From contig NC_057718.1 in assembly GCF_004010195.1 (NCBI RefSeq), positions 24,641,853 through 24,669,745 on the forward strand: a stretch of DNA of 27,893 nucleotides, in the 5' to 3' direction. Shown in pieces: positions 24,083 through 27,893 of this stretch. The DNA comes from Chiloscyllium plagiosum (lineage: Eukaryota). The notes beneath the pieces were generated by a model that had not been told where the DNA came from, ran no database searches, and saw nothing but the letters and a program-made list of their open reading frames with translations. Every line of letters begins with the position of its first letter. Within the stretch, counting starts at the first letter, position 1. The translations under genes were made by a program, and so were the position numbers.

Positions 24083-24489
24083 CTGTTCAAAGGAAATAAA
24101 AAACAAGGTCAGAAGTGTTTTATTTCAGCTGACTCAATAGCAGTATTACATTGCAATTGAACTGCCCGACATAATAAGCATTTATGGAAATAACTGAATA
24201 CATTTTGTGCAGAATCATCCAGTCTCCATCGTCGAAAAGTAGGTATATGACTGAAGACGCACATTAAGAGCCTGCGGACGCCCTCTGCGTAGACATATAT
24301 ATGAATTTCATGGAAAATATTAGTGTTTGATTGGCAACATCTCTGTGCCCCATGACCCTCTGCAGTTGTCTCCAACTTTTAAATTAGAGTTGTAGAGTTC
24401 TGCAGTACCAACCTGGCTCATTATTCAGAAATGTTCAACAGATTAAAACCTAGTTGATCACCTGGGTAACTGCATAGCTGATAATTCCA

Positions 24490-25240
24490 ATCACTCATAC
24501 TGACTCACCCCAAATAAATAGCAACTCTGACCTCTTGACTACCTTCCCCCAACTGATCCAACTATCTCCAACACCACCGAGACCACGCAATGACGCCTCT
24601 GACCACTCAATTACTCCCCAGTCTAATCTAACCTGACTATCCTTTGACCCCCTGACAGCTACATGACTACCTTCTCAAACTGATGATTCTCCATTCTCAC
24701 TACACCTCTGACCACCTCATGCTGCCATTATTCCCAGAACCTGACTAGTCCTGCTGACCAGCTCTCCAAATGACTCAACTAATCCCTGACCAGATTACAC
24801 TTTCTGACAAATGATTAGCCCTCCCAGCTATACTACAATACCCTGTCCTGCCTGCACCTCCAATGTGACCATTGCTCCCCCCTGCCCCATGGATCACTTG
24901 ATCAGCTTCCCTGACCACACCCGACTACACTCACTCCTTGACTACCGCTTCCCATCACCCAACTACACAACTCCCAACAGACAATGAAAATACACCTCCC
25001 AATCACCTCACTACCTTCTGGACTACACTCACAACTGGACCTGACTACCACCCAGCCCACCCCTGCCAAGCTGACTACTCTACCCAATACTTGCCTACAT
25101 CCAGATCTTACTGCCTATGAACCGCAACAACTCCCCTCAAGCCTGACTACATCTACCGACATGACCTGACCCAACTGCCCCACTGGCCAGTTACCCATTC
25201 ACCCACCTACCCTTTTACTTACCGACTCATCCATTCATTA
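24490..25240. repeat. G-poor, C/A-rich degenerate minisatellite built on (c)tgac(t/c)ac
   Basis: About two dozen ctgactac/ctgaccac/ttgactac-like words at irregular spacing, with a strong C over G skew on the plus strand. Confidence 0.7.
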
Positions 25241-25849
25241 ACAGTCAGACTGGACCTGGAAACCTACCATAATGGCAGCTATGCCTAGGAATTGGGATGT
25301 GTCCTGTCTTCCCCAAGATACATTTTACTGAGACAGAGTTCTGTAATTGACACTGTACTTTACATGTCTCTGACAGCCAGGATTGGAAGATTCCAGAATA
25401 ACAATATCAGGTCAGGAAAATTTTTGAGCTCAATGGCAATCCAAACAACACTGGTGCTGTTTGGAAAAATTTCCACTACCATATCATATTAGGGTGTGTA
25501 CTATATATTGTATAATCATAATGATGCTGAAATGCAACATATTGCGTTAGTTGATAAAAGTAAGCAGGTGAAATTCAAACTGTTCCCGTCAATAATAGGA
25601 AGAAGGATTCCGACAAAAAAGCTTTCGGTCTTAACAGGACAGAGAGAACATCTCCTGCTTTTGATACCAGTAACAGGGATCACTGGCACTTCTCTTTGAT
25701 TAGTCAGTCTCAGATTAGTAACTCCAATGTTGTTTAAAATCTGTAGTATCAGTACGCATGTGCAGTTATTATCTACATGGGAAGTAAAATAAGCGAAATT
25801 ATATATTAAAGTGAATCTGGTGATATTTTTAAATGCTGTGCAAAAAAGC

Positions 25850-26095
25850 AAGTGTGGTATGAGAAAACATTTTTCTCACTCAGCTCTGGTATGGAATGCA
25901 CTGCCTGGAAATGTGGTGGAGGCAGGTTCAATTGAGACATTCAATGGGCTTTGGATGGTGATTTGGGTGGAAATAATGTGCAAGGGTACGGGGATAAAGC
26001 AGGAGACTGGCACTAAGTGACGATGTTCATTTGAAGAGCCAGTGCAGGTAAGTTGGGCCAAATGGATCCTTCTGTGTCATAACAATTCTGCGATC
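25850..26095 (+). mobile_element. CR1 3' fragment (another subfamily)
   Basis: Encodes RKHFSHSALVWNALPGNVVEAGSIETF (CR1 ORF2 C-terminus); tail gggccaaatggatccttctgtgtcataacaattctgcgat. Confidence 0.8.
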
Positions 26096-26181
26096 AATCA
26101 TATCTAAGGGTGTTCTTCAAACTAAGCTGGCATAGTCCTCAATTGTTTTCAGGGCCAGCAGAATATTTCAGGTAAAAACAG

Positions 26182-26417
26182 TGAAATAACTCTGCACAGG
26201 CCTTTATCCCAAGACCAAGTCATCCTTGATTTACACATGGAGTATCCCTGACACTGATCCAGCCTCCTCAGAGCCAGCTCGCAGAATGAACAGAATCTCT
26301 GACACTCCTGTTTATATTTGTCAGCCAGGGCTCTCTGACTGGAGCAAGTCAACAGCCCCAATCAGGGAACTCATATTCTATGAAGTCCACCTGGCTGACT
26401 TCAGTCCAATCATTACA
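26182..26417 (-). mobile_element. Solo LTR with TG..CA termini and a perfect 5-bp target site duplication
   Basis: The minus strand runs TGTAATG...TTATTTCA; aacag lies at both 26177-26181 and 26418-26422. It contains a CCAAT (~26359), a TATAAA (26311-26316, minus) and a poly(A)-signal-like AATCAA (26226-26231). Second copy at 9626-9815. Confidence 0.88.
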
Positions 26418-26677
26418 AACAGCACACATTTTGTTCTTCTGAGTGAAATGTCTAGCAATTTGTGATTTTACATGACACCGTGAAACAAAATGTGGTATTT
26501 AATGCAGGCTGTGGAGATCTCGCCCACGAACTAGAGACTGCACAAGTCCCCTGAATGCTCCTCTGAGGAAGGATCACTGCTAAGTAGGCTGGTCTGGAAA
26601 TTCCTCTCCCAAGAACTGCTGGGCACGCCGAGGTTAGCAGCTCTTCATTGGCAGTGCCAATTGGAATGGCTGCAGAT

Positions 26678-27893
26678 CAAAGTTTGTGAGAAGATTTGTA
26701 GCTCGGGTGTTCGTTGTTATGGTTCTGTTCGTTTCGTCCCCTGTCTAGATGACATCCTCAGTGCTTGGGAGCCTCCGGTGAAGCGCTTCTGTGATGTTTC
26801 CTCCAGCATTTATAGCAGTTTGTCTCTGCCGCTTCCGGTTGTCAGTTCCAGCTGTCCGTTGCAGTGGTTGGTATATTGGGTCCAGGTCGATGTGCTTATT
26901 GATTGAATTTGCGGATGAGTGCCATGTCTCTAGGAATTCCCTGGTTGTTCTCTGTTTGGCTTGTCCTATAATAGTAGTGTTGTCCCAGTCGAACTCATGT
27001 TGCTTGTCATCTGAGTGTGTGGTTACTAAGGATAGCTGGTCGTGTCGTTTCGTGGCTAGTTAGTGTTAATGGATGCGGATCGTTAGTTGTCTTCCTGTTT
27101 GTCCTATGTAGTGTTTTGTGCAGTCCTTGCATGGGATTTTGTACACTACCTTGGTTTTGCTCATGCTGGGTATCGGGTCCTTCGTTCTGGTGAGTTGTTG
27201 TCTGAGGGTGGCTGTTGGTTTGTGTGCTGTTATGAGTCCTAGCTGTCGCAGTAGTCTGGCTGTCAGTCCCGAAATGCTCTTGATAAATGGTAGTGTGGCT
27301 AGTCCTTTGGGTTGCGGCATGTCCTCATTCCGTTGTCTTTCCCTTAGGCATCTGTTGATGAAATTGCGCGGGTATCCGTTTTTGGCGAATACATTGTATA
27401 GGTGTTCATCTTCCTCTTTTTGCAGTTCTGGTGTACTGCAGTGTGATGTGGCGCTTTAGAACAATGTCTTGATGCAACTTCTTTGTGTGTGTTGGGGTGG
27501 TTGCTTTTGTAGTTCTGGACTTGGTCTGTGTGTGTGGCTTTCCTGTGTACGTTAGTGGTGAATTCTCCATTCGGTGTTCTCTGTACCATCACGTCTAGGA
27601 ATGGGAGTTGGTTGTCCTTTTCTTCCTCTCTAGTGAATCGGATTCCTGTGAGTGTGGCGTTGATGATCCGGTGTGTGTTCTCTATTTCTGTGTTTTTAAT
27701 GATTACAAAGGTGTCATCCACGTATCTGACCCAGAGTTTGGGTTGAATTTGCGGTAAGACTGTTTGTTCTAATCTTTGCATTACTGCTTCTGCTATGAGT
27801 CCAGAGATGGGTGAGCCCATGGGTGTGCCGTTGATTTGTTCATATATTTGGTTGTTGAACGTGAAGTGTGTTATGAGGCACAGGTCCAGTAGT
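26678..27893 (-). mobile_element. Penelope-like retroelement (RT C-terminal part, GIY-YIG endonuclease, terminal region); runs off the window end
   Basis: MGSPISGLIAEAVM, WVRYVDDTF and LPFLDV (RT); VVYKIPCKDCTKHYIGQTGRQLTIRI (GIY-YIG). There is a frameshift near 27480 and two stops near 27060-27068. Confidence 0.96.

Noticed and set aside
23963..24160. Plus-strand 65-aa ORF with apparent splice sites
   Set aside because: It is the antisense shadow of the real minus-strand RGS7 exon.
25516..25851. 111-aa minus-strand ORF as a possible upstream RGS7 exon
   Set aside because: No resemblance to the expected GSDIVQWL..IEDP peptide. That exon and the downstream AVYLCKRTMQNK exon were not found and presumably lie outside the window.
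1..27893. General antisense orientation bias of retroelements within RGS7
   Set aside because: LINE fragments occur in both orientations in similar numbers.

Overview
Eukaryotic, repeat-rich vertebrate genomic DNA. The repeat families suggest a cartilaginous fish, probably a shark (inference). The window lies inside the RGS7 gene (regulator of G-protein signalling 7), transcribed on the minus strand. Two short coding exons that the ORF track misses are present: 24082-23976 (107 bp, (V)[35 protein letters not shown]) and 13787-13736 (52 bp, TPYFWPSNCWEPENTDY). Both have GT-AG sites, splice in frame, and encode part of the DEP/DHEX region. The rest is intron filled with decayed retroelements: many CR1 LINE fragments (one ~3.5 kb), an old RTE LINE, tRNA-derived SINEs including a Deu-domain SINE, two solo LTRs of one family, and Penelope-like elements. 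Nearly all long ORFs in the track are broken LINE/Penelope frames. Main observations: (1) four Penelope-type minimal hammerhead ribozyme motifs; the only intact one is antisense to RGS7, while its sense-strand sibling has lost the cleavage site in a 27-bp deletion. (2) Three concentrically nested inverted repeat pairs surround the exons, whose back-spliced 159-nt circle would be a stop-free ORF. (3) One short CR1 site is rearranged differently in three copies. All functional interpretations are untested hypotheses.
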